Shown here: positions 40,647-52,100 of the stretch, one piece after another
How positions within the stretch are numbered: the stretch's first letter is position 1
Layout of the letters: each line of letters opens with the position of its first letter
DNA from: Prasinococcaceae sp. CCMP 1430
Taxonomy: Eukaryota > Plantae > Prasinodermophyta
Direction of reading: 5' to 3'
Assembly: GCA_013416795.1 (NCBI GenBank)
Contig: RQSC01000026.1
Span: forward strand, 729,213-793,212
Length of the DNA: 64,000 nt
Notes under the pieces: model-generated
The model's input: the letters and a program-made list of their open reading frames with translations, nothing else
Databases searched by the model: none
What the model was told of the DNA's origin: nothing
Made by a program: the position numbers and the translations under genes

Positions 40647-42173
40647 TCAATTGGTGGTAACCGCGACTGCTTGCTCGCCTCCGCGGCTTCGACCGCCGCT
40701 GCCGCCTGCGGCGCGCGCGCGCAAGGGCGGCGGGGCGCCGCCAGTGGGTGGCCGCACCGAGCAAGCGCCCTCGGCGTTGTGCATGATGTCGCACTGCAGC
40801 GCATCCCAGCCGGGGTCGCCCGGAGGCAACTGGGCAGCCCTCATCCCCGCCGCCCAAATCGCCTTGTCGACGGGCGCGACCTCATGGTGCGTGTGGTTTG
40901 AGGCCGTTGTCGTGAAGTAGCCGTGCTCGGCGCGCGCGCCGAGCTCAGCGCGCACGTTGGACTCGTAGGCGAGCATTTGCTCGTGGCGACCCACAGTGGC
41001 GTAGCAGCAGTCGTCGCGCTCGTGCAGAATCTGTACCTGGTACCGGGTTGACTCAAGACCCGCCAGCAGGTACATGCAGGTGTAATTGCACTCACGATAT
41101 AGCTTGCGCCCCGGGTGGTCGGGCGCCTCAATGCTGGGATCTGGCGCGCAATTCTGCTCGAAGTCCTCTTTGTCGTTGCCGACGGGCCAGGTCTGCTTCT
41201 CCGGGTCGCGCATTGCGCATGGGATGGAGCCAGCGATGGGAAAGCTGGACGCGACGCGCGCGTCGAGCGCGGCCACAACTGTCGTCGTCCACCCACCGCC
41301 GCTCAAGCCCGCCATATGCACCTCCTCGTAGCCAAGCCTTCGGGCGTAATTGATGGTGGCGATGGCCGGCTCGAGGAAGTAGCGCAGCGCGGGCTCTCCG
41401 GCCCTCTCGATAGGCAGAAACCACCAGTGGTCGTCCTGGGCGTACGTGGCGTTGCTGCCCGGCCCTTTGTTCACACCTTTGAGTGGCATGGAGACAATGA
41501 AGACGTCGTGGCCGTGCGCGTGCAGGAACGAGGACACGTTGTACTGCAGCCTCGCCCGAGCGCGCGCGCAGCGTGCAGTGGGTCAGCGGTAGCCTCATGG
41601 CCGGAACAGCGCGCGCTGATGCGCCGGCGAGTCGAGCGCGCGCACGTCGCGTGCGTGCGCTTTCCCACGCACCAAGTCCCACCAAGTCCCACCCCTCGGC
41701 GCCAGCTCGGATGTGCACCCCGGCCGGCAGCGCGCAAGTTCTGCCGGCGGCGCGCCGTGCGGAGTCACATTCGAACAATTGCAATCGTTGTGGCCGTGGT
41801 GGAAGACGTATGCGCTGCGGCTGCGGGGCGCGCGGCTGCTGCTGGGGCGGTCGGGGACCGGCGAGTAGAAGACAGTGGACACAATCTCCTTCACGCCCAC
41901 CGCGGACGCAGCCGGGGGCGTCAGCTGCATGCGCCATTCGATGGCGTCGACTCCCGGCGCCACGCCCGCGTGCACTGCGTCGGGCTCGTCACGGGATGGC
42001 AGCCCGCCCGGGCCGAAGGCTGCGCGGGCCGCGGCGGCACGCCGCGCGCGCCACGCCCACGTCGAGTTCTCGGCGGCCGCCTGACCCACAAGCGCGCCCA
42101 TCGCCGCAGCAGCCAGGGCTACGACAAGCACCGGCGCCGGCACCGGCGCGCCGCGCCGCGCCGCGCCGCGCAT
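40647..42173 (-). CDS. Secreted alpha/beta hydrolase (signal peptide; intron 41544-41672)
   Basis: Signal VLVVALAAAAMGALVGQAAA; VFHHGH oxyanion region; nucleophile elbow MAGLSGGGWTT; RDDCCY acid; HTHHEV His. Confidence 0.82.
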
Positions 42174-42666
42174 GGTGTCCCCCGGGCGCCGTCCCAGAGC
42201 AGAGGCAGCGTTCCTCCCCCCCCCACCCGGCCACGAAAGAAGCACGTGCCCAGGCGCGCCGCCGCTGCGGCGGCGCCGGCCGCCGTCGCCGCAGCGGCAC
42301 CGCGCGGGCCCGCAGGGACGCGTGGGGGGGAAGAGACGGGGATGGACCGGCGGCGCCGACGGGCAGGATGGCGGCGAGGGGCCGGGCGCGTGGGCTTGTG
42401 GGCTGGCTGGGCCGCGCGCGCGCGCGGTCCCGCCTGCTGCTCGCGCTGTGGCGCCTGAAGCCGACGCCGCAGGTCCGCAGATGGATTCGAATTCGAAAGC
42501 AGCGTAGTTTTGATGGACCATTCCAAATGCATTGTCAAGAAAACGCGGTGATGAAATCGACGTGTGAGTGTTGTGTGTGTGCGCTTCGGTGCGCCACAGG
42601 CGCGGCGCTCACGCGACGCGCCACAGCGCGCACGCCGGCGGCGCGGCGCCCCGCGCCGTCCCGGTG

Positions 42667-45246
42667 ATGCCGAGGCTGGACTGCGTGCTGCTGGTAAGTT
42701 CGCGTGCGGGCGGCGGCGGCTGCGCGGAGGGCGCGGGCGCGCGCGGCGACGGCGAGTACGCGCCGGGCTGCGCGCCCGGCGACGCCGAGGTCCTCCTCGG
42801 CGCCGGCGAGCTGGACGAGGGGATGCTGCGGCTGCTGACAGGAAAGGAGGTGAGGCCGGTGCCGTGCGCGGCGAGGGAGGAGGATGTGTGTGTGTTGAGG
42901 GAGGGGGAGAGTCGCGGTTGGCGCGCGGCGCCTTGGCGCGCTGCTGAGGGGGACACCAGCGAGCAATGCGGGCAGGGGGAACCAAAAAACGCGCAAACGG
43001 CCATTTCGAAAGAGCGGAAGGCATGAACGCACGCGCGCGACGCGCGACGTGGGGGGGTGCGCAGCGCGCCGGAGCGACCCTCTCGCACGCGCGGCCCCCC
43101 CAAAGCCGGTCCGTGCGGCGCACCAGCGCCCATCCCGCTCGGCGGACCCCAGGGCGCGCGCGGCGCGGCGCCATACGCGGTGTGGTCGCTCTCAGGGCGC
43201 GCGGTGTCGGTGGTCGTCGCGCGGGCCAGCGCTGCATTGCTTCTTTTTTGGGACTCAACCGCTTTTTCCGCCGTGTATGTCTGCGAGCGGCCGCGCTTGC
43301 AGCTGCCGCGCCGGTCGACGCTATGCGCCCGTCCGCGCCGGGGACGCGCCCGGGGCGCCTCCTCTGCCGCTCGCCCTGCGTGGCTGTGCCCGCGCACCAC
43401 TGACGCCGCCGCCCGGCGTCCGGTCGCGGATGCGCCGCCGCGCCCGCCATCTTTTCGCGCGGCGCGCGCACTGCCCCCGCACGGCGTGCAGGACCTCGAG
43501 TCGGTGACGTACGTGGAGCTGACGGTCGACGCGGAGACAATGCCCATCAACGAGATGGGCGCGATGCTTCCGGCGCTGCGCGAGCTAAAGCTGAACAGCT
43601 CGAGCATCGCGACGCTGCGTGAGCTCGGCACGGGACTGGGCGGCTTGCGCGTGCTGTGGATCAGCCGCTGCTCGGTCGCCGACCTCGAAGGCCTCGCGGC
43701 GCTTCCCGCGCTGCGCGAGCTGTACGCGTCTTTCAACGATATCGCCGACGTGTCTGCTGTCGCCGAGCTCGAAGAGCTCACTACGCTAGACCTCGAGGGC
43801 AATCGAGTCGAGAGAGACCAGCTCGAGTGGCTGGGCGCGTGCCCCAGCCTCCGCTCGCTGGCGCTCGACGGCAACCCGGTAGCCGCTGAGGTGGGCTACC
43901 GCCACGCGGTGGCGACGACCGTGCCGCAGCTTGAGTACATCGATGATGAGCCGGTCATCGACGAAGATCGGCTGCCACCGACGCCGTCCTCGTCCACGCG
44001 CCAGCAGCTCGACGTGGGTGAGGGCGCCGGCGCGGACCTGCCGGAGCTCAGGTTGCGCGCGGGCGCTGCGTCACCAGTGAAGTCTGCAGACAACACGCCG
44101 CGCGAGGGCGCGGGGGGTGCTGGCATGGCCGTAGATGAGGATGAGGAGGAGCTCAGGCGCCTCGAGGCGCTTGAGAAGCAGATGGTTGGCTTCGGCATCA
44201 AGTATGCCAAGATTGGCATCGACTCGGTGCTGACGCTTGGCGAGCTCGCGGGCGGCGAGGGCATCCGCGAGGGCGATGGGCTGGGCGCGATACGACCGCG
44301 CACAGCGTGCCGCCCGTCGACACCAGGACCGCGCCCGACGTCTGATTCGGCGCTGCTACTCCGACCAGGGACCGCGCTCAGCGCAGGCAGTGGAGGATAC
44401 CTCAGCCGGCCGGGGACGGCGGGGGGCTTCGAGTGGGAGCACGCTCTCAGTCGCACGTCGCTCTCAGCAGGGGCCGGCAGCACGGGGCCATCGCTGCTGT
44501 CGAAGCCGGGAACTTCGGCGGGCGCCAGGTCGCGGCCTATGAGCGCGTTCTGCGGCGTGAGCGCCAATGTGCCCCCCACCCTGGGCCCGCCGCCTCCCGT
44601 CGATCCCAGGGACGACGAGGACGATGGCAAGCTGGAGACCGTGCTGATCGGCGCGCCCACGCGCGCGCTGCGAGACCGCCGGCGAGCGGCCAAGCAGCAT
44701 GCGGAGGGCGCACCAGGGGGCAGCGGCGGCGGCGAGCATGGCGGTGGCGACAGCGAGGGTGGCAAAGGCGAGCTCGCGCCGCTCGCGCGCGGCATGGACA
44801 ACTCCGAGCTGCTCGAGCAGCTCTGCCAGTGGAAGCTTGAGACTCAGATGATTGTTGACGCGGACGCCGAGGTTGCAGGGGGGCTCGCCAACTCGCTGGG
44901 CGAAGACATGGCGAACATGGACATCGGTGGCGGTGAAACAGACAGTGATGTGGACTTTAATGATACGGGCGGCGCCAACATCCTCCGCGTGGAGTACAGC
45001 GACCACGACTCGGACTCGGCGTCGGATGCGCCAGAGCCCGACGTGGAGCCGCTGCCGCCCTCGCGTTTTCCACCGCGGACGACGGCAGCTGGTGGTGGCT
45101 CGGCGACGGCTAGTACATGGGTGCCCACGCCGCCGCCGTTTGCGCCGCGCGTGCCCGTGCCTCCCGATGGGCCGGCGCCTGGGAGCGGCGGCATCTCCGG
45201 TATCTCCGGCAGCAGCGTCGTCAGGCGGCCAAGGCGCTACCGATGA
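42667..45246 (+). CDS. LRRC56: LRRC56/ODA8 outer-dynein-arm assembly factor (exons 42667-42849, 43492-45246)
   Basis: LRLLTGKE|DLESVTYVELTVD, LRELKLNSSSIATLRELGTGLGGLRVLWISRCSVADLEGLAALPALRELYASFNDIADVS, LDLEGNRV, LALDGNPV, YRHAV...PQLEYIDD follow LRRC56 motif by motif. Confidence 0.88.
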
Positions 45247-45465
45247 ATGCGCCGACGTTGCCCCCGACAAACGCACGAAACCCTGCGCACGCCAACGCGT
45301 GCGTGCACATTCACTCGCGCGCACACCAACAAACGCACAAACTCTACAAAGATCGCACTCTAATGAACTGATGGGCCAAACAACAATTGTATGTTATGTT
45401 ACACCGCGCGCGAGCCACCGCCTGGATGCGGCCCGCGCACGCTACGTGCGGGCCGGGCAGCGCGC

Positions 45466-46778
45466 TCATTCCATGTCGTCGTCTTCGTCCTCCTCGGGCA
45501 GCGCGTCCATAGTGTCGGTGCGCTTGACGACCACACCCTGCGAGGGCTTGATCTCCGAGCTGCCGGTGGGGTCGTGGACGATGAAGGTCCACGGGCGCGG
45601 CACATCCAGGAGCAGGTTGAGGCAGTGGATGGTGTCCACGATCTTGTTCTTGGTCTCCTCGCTCATCGAGCTGCCGGCCTCGCGCACGTGCATGCCCAGG
45701 TTGAAAATAGCGGCGCCGACTGCGTAGGGAGGGGTGGGGCGTGGGCGTAGGGGCGACACGAGCACACCGCATCAGCATGCGTCCCAAGTGCGAGGCGCTG
45801 CAACGCGCACGTTGGCGCGCAACGGGCGCGCCTGGCGCACGCATGCTCCACGCGCGCACGCGCGAGGTACGGCGTACGCACTGTGGTTGTAGATTGAGTC
45901 AATCTTGCGCCTCTGGTCTGCGCCAATCTGGAACTCGAGCTCGGGGATCTCCACGGTGGCGTCCGCGCTCTTCATGCACACGCGCCACAGGTCCTGCGTG
46001 CTGTTCACCTGCAGCACCATTTTGGTCGACGGCCGCGAGCCCGGCGGGGGCGGGGGCAAGATCTTGAACTCGTTCTTGCCATCCTCGGGCGCCGCGCCGG
46101 GCTTGACGCGCACCTGAAAGTTGGGCAGCAGCCGCAGGAAGTTGGCGAAGGTGCCTTTGAGCGCCTCCTCGAACTCGTCGTCGTCCTCGTAGCCCAGGTC
46201 GCGCCCCACCATAGATCCTACGCCCTCAACGGCGAGCCACTCCACCCCTGCTTGGCGCGTGCCTTCGTACACCTGTGCGCGCACGCGCGGGCAAGCGCCA
46301 CGCAGACGAGCGGCGACGCGCCGGCGATGCCGAGGCGAGGCGCAAGTCGTCAGCACCGAGCGTCGGGCGTGGACGCCGGGCGCAGCGCCGCGCGCGCGCC
46401 CCCGCGCGCCCCTCGGCGGCCGCTGCGTCGGCGGCCGCTATTGCGGCGGCCGCTGCGGCGGCGAGCCCGCGGGGACGCGGCCGAGCTCGAATGCTGCCTC
46501 GCCGCGCGCCTCAGGCCACGCTGCGCGCGGCACGCAACGCAGTTCTCGCGCCACGGCAGCGTGATCCATACCTTCTCGAGCTCCTCCACGATGCGGTCCA
46601 TCTCCTGGTGGGAGATGTCGAGCTGCATGAGCTTGTCGAGATAGCTCGAGTCCTCGCCGGCGCCAGCGGACGCGGCGCCGGCCTGCGCGGCGCCCCCCCG
46701 CGCGGCGCGCGAGAGGTCCGTCTCGGGCGGTACCACCGTGCGCGCCGGGTCGAGCGCCGTCAGCTGCTCGGCCGTCAT
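45466..46778 (-). CDS. ZPR1-like protein: one A/B domain, no zinc finger, N-terminal winged-helix-like region (exons 46572-46778, 45882-46272, 45466-45719; 5' end may lie in the gap)
   Basis: DLWRVCMKSADATVEIPELEFQI...IDSIYNH|IG...WTFIVHDPTGSSEI is the ZPR1 A/B domain. No CxxC pairs upstream. Confidence 0.78.
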
Positions 46779-46788
46779 GCCACCCGCC

Positions 46789-47409
46789 NNNNNNNNNNNN
46801 NNNNNNNNNNNNNNNNNNNNNNNNNNNNNNNNNNNNNNNNNNNNNNNNNNNNNNNNNNNNNNNNNNNNNNNNNNNNNNNNNNNNNNNNNNNNNNNNNNNN
46901 NNNNNNNNNNNNNNNNNNNNNNNNNNNNNNNNNNNNNNNNNNNNNNNNNNNNNNNNNNNNNNNNNNNNNNNNNNNNNNNNNNNNNNNNNNNNNNNNNNNN
47001 NNNNNNNNNNNNNNNNNNNNNNNNNNNNNNNNNNNNNNNNNNNNNNNNNNNNNNNNNNNNNNNNNNNNNNNNNNNNNNNNNNNNNNNNNNNNNNNNNNNN
47101 NNNNNNNNNNNNNNNNNNNNNNNNNNNNNNNNNNNNNNNNNNNNNNNNNNNNNNNNNNNNNNNNNNNNNNNNNNNNNNNNNNNNNNNNNNNNNNNNNNNN
47201 NNNNNNNNNNNNNNNNNNNNNNNNNNNNNNNNNNNNNNNNNNNNNNNNNNNNNNNNNNNNNNNNNNNNNNNNNNNNNNNNNNNNNNNNNNNNNNNNNNNN
47301 NNNNNNNNNNNNNNNNNNNNNNNNNNNNNNNNNNNNNNNNNNNNNNNNNNNNNNNNNNNNNNNNNNNNNNNNNNNNNNNNNNNNNNNNNNNNNNNNNNNN
47401 NNNNNNNNN
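46789..47409. other. Assembly gap (621 N) covering the divergent promoter and 5' ends of the ZPR1-like and DHAD genes
   Basis: N run. Confidence 1.
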
Positions 47410-49321
47410 GAAGCCGCGCGGCCGCACGTGCGTGCGCCGCAGCGCCGCGCGCTGCGAGGGGCACACGCAGGACATCACGCCGGCCGACACGGACGGCATC
47501 AACAAGTGGAGCGCGCGCGTCACGCAGCCCAAGTCGCAGGGCGCCTCACAGGCGATGCTCTACGCCACCGGCCTCCAGGAGGCCGACATGGACAAAGCGC
47601 AGGTGGGGATCTCGTCCTGCTGGTATGAGGGTGCGTTGGACTCGCGCGGATGCGTGCATGCGCTTGCGCGCGTGCACGTGAGAGGGAGGGCAGCGAGCGA
47701 GAGTACGCGGTTGCTCGTGCTGACACACACGCGCACACGCGCACGCACGCGCGCGCGCACGCGTGCCCACGCGAGCATAGGCAACCCGTGCAACAAGCAC
47801 CTCCTCGACCTCGGCGGCTACGTGAAGGAGGGCGTGGAGGAGGCCGGCATGGTGGGCTTCCGCTTCAACACCATCGGCGTGTCGGACGGCCTGAGCATGG
47901 GCACCGAGGGCATGAGCTACTCGCTGCAGAGCCGCGAGATCATCGCCGACTCGGTGGAGACGGTGTGGTCCGCGCAGTGGTACGACGCCAACATCTCCCT
48001 CCCCGGCTGCGACAAGAACATGCCGGGCGTGCTGATGGCCATGGGGAGGGTGAACAGGCCCGCCATCATGGTGTACGGCGGGACCATCAAACCCGGCTGC
48101 TCGGCCACGGGTGAGCCGCTGGACATCGTCAGCGCCTTCCAGAGCTACGGCCAGTACATCGCGGGCGCCATCGACGAGGAGGAGCGCGCGGACATTGTGC
48201 GCAACTCGTGCCCCGGCGCGGGCGCCTGCGGCGGGATGTACACCGCCAACACGATGGCGTCGGCCGCCGAGGCGCTCGGCATGACGCTGCCATACTCGTC
48301 GTCCATCCCCGCGGAGGACCCGCTGAAGATTGACGAGTGCAGGAAGGCCGGCGTGGCGCTCAAGGCCATGATGGAGAAGAACCTGTGCCCCCGGGACATC
48401 ATGACGAGGCCCGCCTTCGAGAACGCCATGACGCTCATCATGGCGCTGGGCGGCTCCACCAACGCCGTGCTGCACCTCATCGCCATCGCGCGCTCGGTGG
48501 GCATCGACCTGACGCTCGATGACTGGCAGGCAAACTCGGACCGCGTGCCCTTCATCGCCGACCTCAAGCCGTCGGGCAAGTACGTGATGGAGGACCTGCA
48601 CAACGTTGGCGGCACCCCCGCGGTGCTCAAGTTCTTGCTCAAGGAGGGCATGATCGACGGCAGCTGCATGACGGTCACCGGCAAGACGCTCGCCGAGAAC
48701 CTCGCGGGCTGCCCTGACCTCTCTGAAGGCCAGGACATCATCAGGCCGCTCGACCAGCCCATCAAGGAGACGGGCCACCTGCAGATCCTCTACGGTAACC
48801 TCGCGCCCGAGGGCAGCGTGGGGAAGATCACCGGCAAGGAGGGCTTGTATTTCCAGGGTACCGCGCGCGTCTTCGACCAGGAGGAGGCCATGCTCACCGC
48901 GCTGGCTGAGGACCCGATGAGCTTCAAGGGTACCGTCATCATCATCCGCTACGAGGGGCCCAAGGGGGGGCCCGGCATGCCGGAGATGCTCACGCCGACC
49001 TCGGCCATCATGGGCGCGGGCCTCGGCAACGACTGCGCGCTGCTCACGGATGGGCGCTTCTCGGGCGGCTCGCACGGCTTCGTGATTGGCCACGTGTGCC
49101 CCGAGGCGCAGGAGGGCGGGCCCATCGCGCTCGTGCGGGACGGCGACGTGATCACCATCGACGCGGAGAAGCGCGTGATGGACATGGACGTCTCCGACGA
49201 GGAGCTCGCCCGGAGGAAGGCCGAGTGGTCGCCGCCGCCGCTGCGGGCCACGCGCGGCACGCTGCACAAGTACATCAAGAACGTCAGCAGCGCGAGCACC
49301 GGCGCCGTCACCGACGAGTGA
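47410..49321 (+). CDS. DHAD: Dihydroxy-acid dehydratase (plant 2Fe-2S type), 5' partial; intron 47631-47780
   Basis: [18 protein letters not shown]|[58 protein letters not shown]. Confidence 0.98.
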
Positions 49322-49492
49322 GTCGTGTGGGCGCTGCGTGCCCGTGCGTGCAAACGCATGCGCGTGTGACCATGAAACCCGTAAGCAGTCCCCGTACAAA
49401 AATACTGCGTGCACTTGCGTGCGCTTGCGCGTGTGTTTACGTGGGTGTGCGTGTGTGCATGCGTAGTGCGCGCGGAGGCGCAGCGCCGCCCC

Positions 49493-50345
49493 TCATGACG
49501 CGAGCGGCGCATCGCTGACATCGATCGCACTTCGCACGGCCTCCGTCGCGGCGGCGAGTGCCTCTGGGTCGCGCGAGGACACAGTGATTTTGGTCGTGTA
49601 CTGCGCGCCGGACTTCGTCGCAGGGTAGCTGCCGATGGCGACACCAGCAGCGTGCGCCTCGGCGACTGCGCGGAGCGCGTCGGCGAGGTCGCCCTCGCCG
49701 GTTGCCGTGTATAGCGTGACGACCTCGACGGCGTCGCCCTGGAACCTCTCGACATTGGCCGAGATCATCTGCGTGAATAGTCGCGGAATGCCAGGCAGCA
49801 CCCACACCCCGCGCACATCGGCGATGGGCACCCACGTGCCCGGCGTCTCCAGAACGCGCGCCCCATCGGGCAGCGTGGCCATCCGCAGCCGCGCGGCGTT
49901 GAGCTCCTTGCGGCCGCGCGGCGCGATATCGACGACGTCAGTGACGCGCCAGCCGTGTTGCGAGGAGCCGGCGCCAAGCGCCCACACGCACCACACACAC
50001 ACGAGCGCACGCGCGCACACACCTTGCCCTGCGGCTCGTAGTGCGCGCGCATTTTGTCCACGGTAGGTTCGTGAAGCGACAGGCCGACGCCCGCCCATTG
50101 CGCGACGGCCTCGTACGTGACGTCGTCGTGCGTCGGCCCGATGCCCCCCGATGTTACGACGATGCCGCTCTCCCCGACGGCGGCGCGACAGCGCGTGAGG
50201 CTGTCCGCGATGGCGTCGATCTCATCCGGGACGAACTCCGCTCGCACGAGCTCCGCACCGCGCGCTTGCAGCGCGCGCGCGAGCCAAGGCAAGTTTGTGT
50301 CGGCGGTCCGCCCCGCCAGCAGCTCGTCGCCAATGGCGACGAACG
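49493..50345 (-). CDS. Stand-alone molybdopterin-binding/CinA-like (COG1058, FAD-hydrolase-like) domain protein; intron 49907-50022; start unresolved
   Basis: VAIGDELLAGRTADTN, TSGGIGPTHDDVT, ELNAARLRMATLP, WVLPGIPRLF, GEGDLADAL, IGSYP. Confidence 0.88.
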
Positions 50346-50820
50346 CTGCGCGTGGCGCTGGTGGCGGCGCTGATGGCGTGCGCGTCGCGGCGGCGCCGCG
50401 CGCGCCGCGTTTCGGCGATTCGAACTGGTATGCGAAAACGCGCGTCCGCGTCCATTTGGCGGAACATACGACATTTCGCGTCGCATTTACGTAATTCTGT
50501 CGGGCGACTATGCGAATTCCGAATTCTGCCGTCGATTCTGTTTTTCAACAACTCCCCGCCCGCGCGCGCGCCGAAATCGGCGTTTCGGCGAACGCGTCTG
50601 TGTGCGCGCGGACATGGCGAGACGGCGGCACCCGCGGACGCTTGCGCGCGCCGCGCCGCAGATTGCCGCGGAATCGCCGGCGATCCCCCCGCGATCTCCC
50701 GACCCCCCAGAAGAACCGCCGGCGCGCGCGCGCGTGGCACGCGCGCCACGCGCGTGGCGCGCACACGCAGCCGCCGCACACGTTCCGAACCCTAAGAAAC
50801 GCGCGCGCGCGAGAGAGACG

Positions 50821-51013
50821 CGCGTTAGGGGTGGTGGCGGCGCAGAGGCAAAAGCGCCGGGTTTGAGGTTTATTAGATATGAGGGTCCCTGACACATCGG
50901 GGAGCGCGAGCCGGGGGACGGGGGACGGGGAGGCGCGTTAGGGGTGGTGGCGGCGTTGAGGCAAAAGCGCCGGGTTTGAGGTTTATTAGATATGAGGGTC
51001 CCTGACACATCGG
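50821..51013. repeat. 80-bp direct repeat x2 (78/80 identical, 113-bp period)
   Basis: Copies at 50821-50900 and 50934-51013 differ only at CA versus TT. Confidence 0.95.
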
Positions 51014-51079
51014 CGAGTCCGAGGATTGCGCGGCGGCGCCTGCGATGCGGGGGCCGGGCCGGCGGTCACGCCGGCTCCC

Positions 51080-51080
<1 letters not shown>

Positions 51081-51117
<37 letters not shown>

Positions 51118-51360
51118 AATATGTGAGTTCGTGGAATTCATGGTAAGAATGGGTGGCTCGTTTGCATTCGATGTCACGGCCTCCACAGCACAAACATGCT
51201 GTAATTCAGTCAAATAAAATAAAATAAATTAAAAATCAAAATCAAAATCAAAAAGTCTGCGAGCGCTTGTGATGTGTGGTGTGCTTTTAAAGTTTTTTTT
51301 TTAAAATTCCGAGGCATTTTATGCATTTATTTATTTAATTAATTAATCAATAAATGGTTG
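51081..51360. other. AT-rich island beginning with T31, containing (AAAAT)n, (AAAATC)n and (TTTA)n
   Basis: Sharp compositional contrast with the GC-rich surroundings. Confidence 0.9.
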
Positions 51361-51583
51361 GATACCGCACGTTGCATTCGATAGGGATTCCACGGGAGAG
51401 GGGGGGCGCGGCGACGCGCCGCCGCCGCGACTTTCATCGCCGAAAACGGGGCTCTCGCGGATGACGACATTCGTTGCGAATGCTCGGGGTGCTAAAACCG
51501 CGGAAGGCGTCGTTAAATACGCAGCGACCGCGAAAACGTTTTGCGCCGATCCCGATCCGCCCGCGCCGGGCGCGCGACACACC

Positions 51584-51636
51584 AAACCCTAACTCTGCGT
51601 AAAAACGTTATTGAGGTTTGAAAATGTGTAGGGTTT
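51584..51636. promoter_or_regulatory. Inverted pair of telo-boxes (AAACCCTAA ... TAGGGTTT)
   Basis: AAACCCTAA at 51584-51592 and TAGGGTTT at 51629-51636; the plant telo-box is AAACCCTA. Confidence 0.55.
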
Positions 51637-52100
51637 GACGAGTACTTGGGGGCCGGGCGCTGATGGGGGGGGAGGGGGCGAGGGCGTCGGCGAGGGCGTC
51701 GGCGGGAGGGGGGCGACGGGGGGAGGCAGGGAGGGAGGCGGCGTGTCGTTACGCGCGCGCGCTCGAGGGGTTTAAGGGTCTCGCGGCGCGGCGGCGAGTC
51801 ATCGCTTGCGCTTGGCGGCGGCGCCGCGCGCGCCCCGCGTGTCGCCGTGCGCAGCCGGGAGTAGCGGGGCGCGGCGGGCGCAAGGGTGGCAGCCTCGCGG
51901 GGGCAGCCCTGGCGAGAGCCGGCGCGCCAGCACGGAGCGCATCGCGGCGCTGCCTGCGTGGCGCCGGGCTGGCGGCGCGGTGTGGCTGGTCCAGCACAAC
52001 ATGCGCGCACCCCCCCCACACACGCACGACCGCTTTGAAGAAAAAATCGTGTTATTATCGCCGGCGAGAGGCCGCGTGCTGCTAGCTGCCCGCGAGCCCA

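Noticed and set aside
47546-49414. 622-aa minus-strand ORF (and similar long ORFs at 38351-39940, 7851-9590, 13703-15364, 15368-16507, 61378-62430)
   Set aside because: Antisense shadow ORFs of high-GC3 genes: L/R/H/G-rich or S/A/R-rich, with no domains. Stop codons are rare at this GC content.
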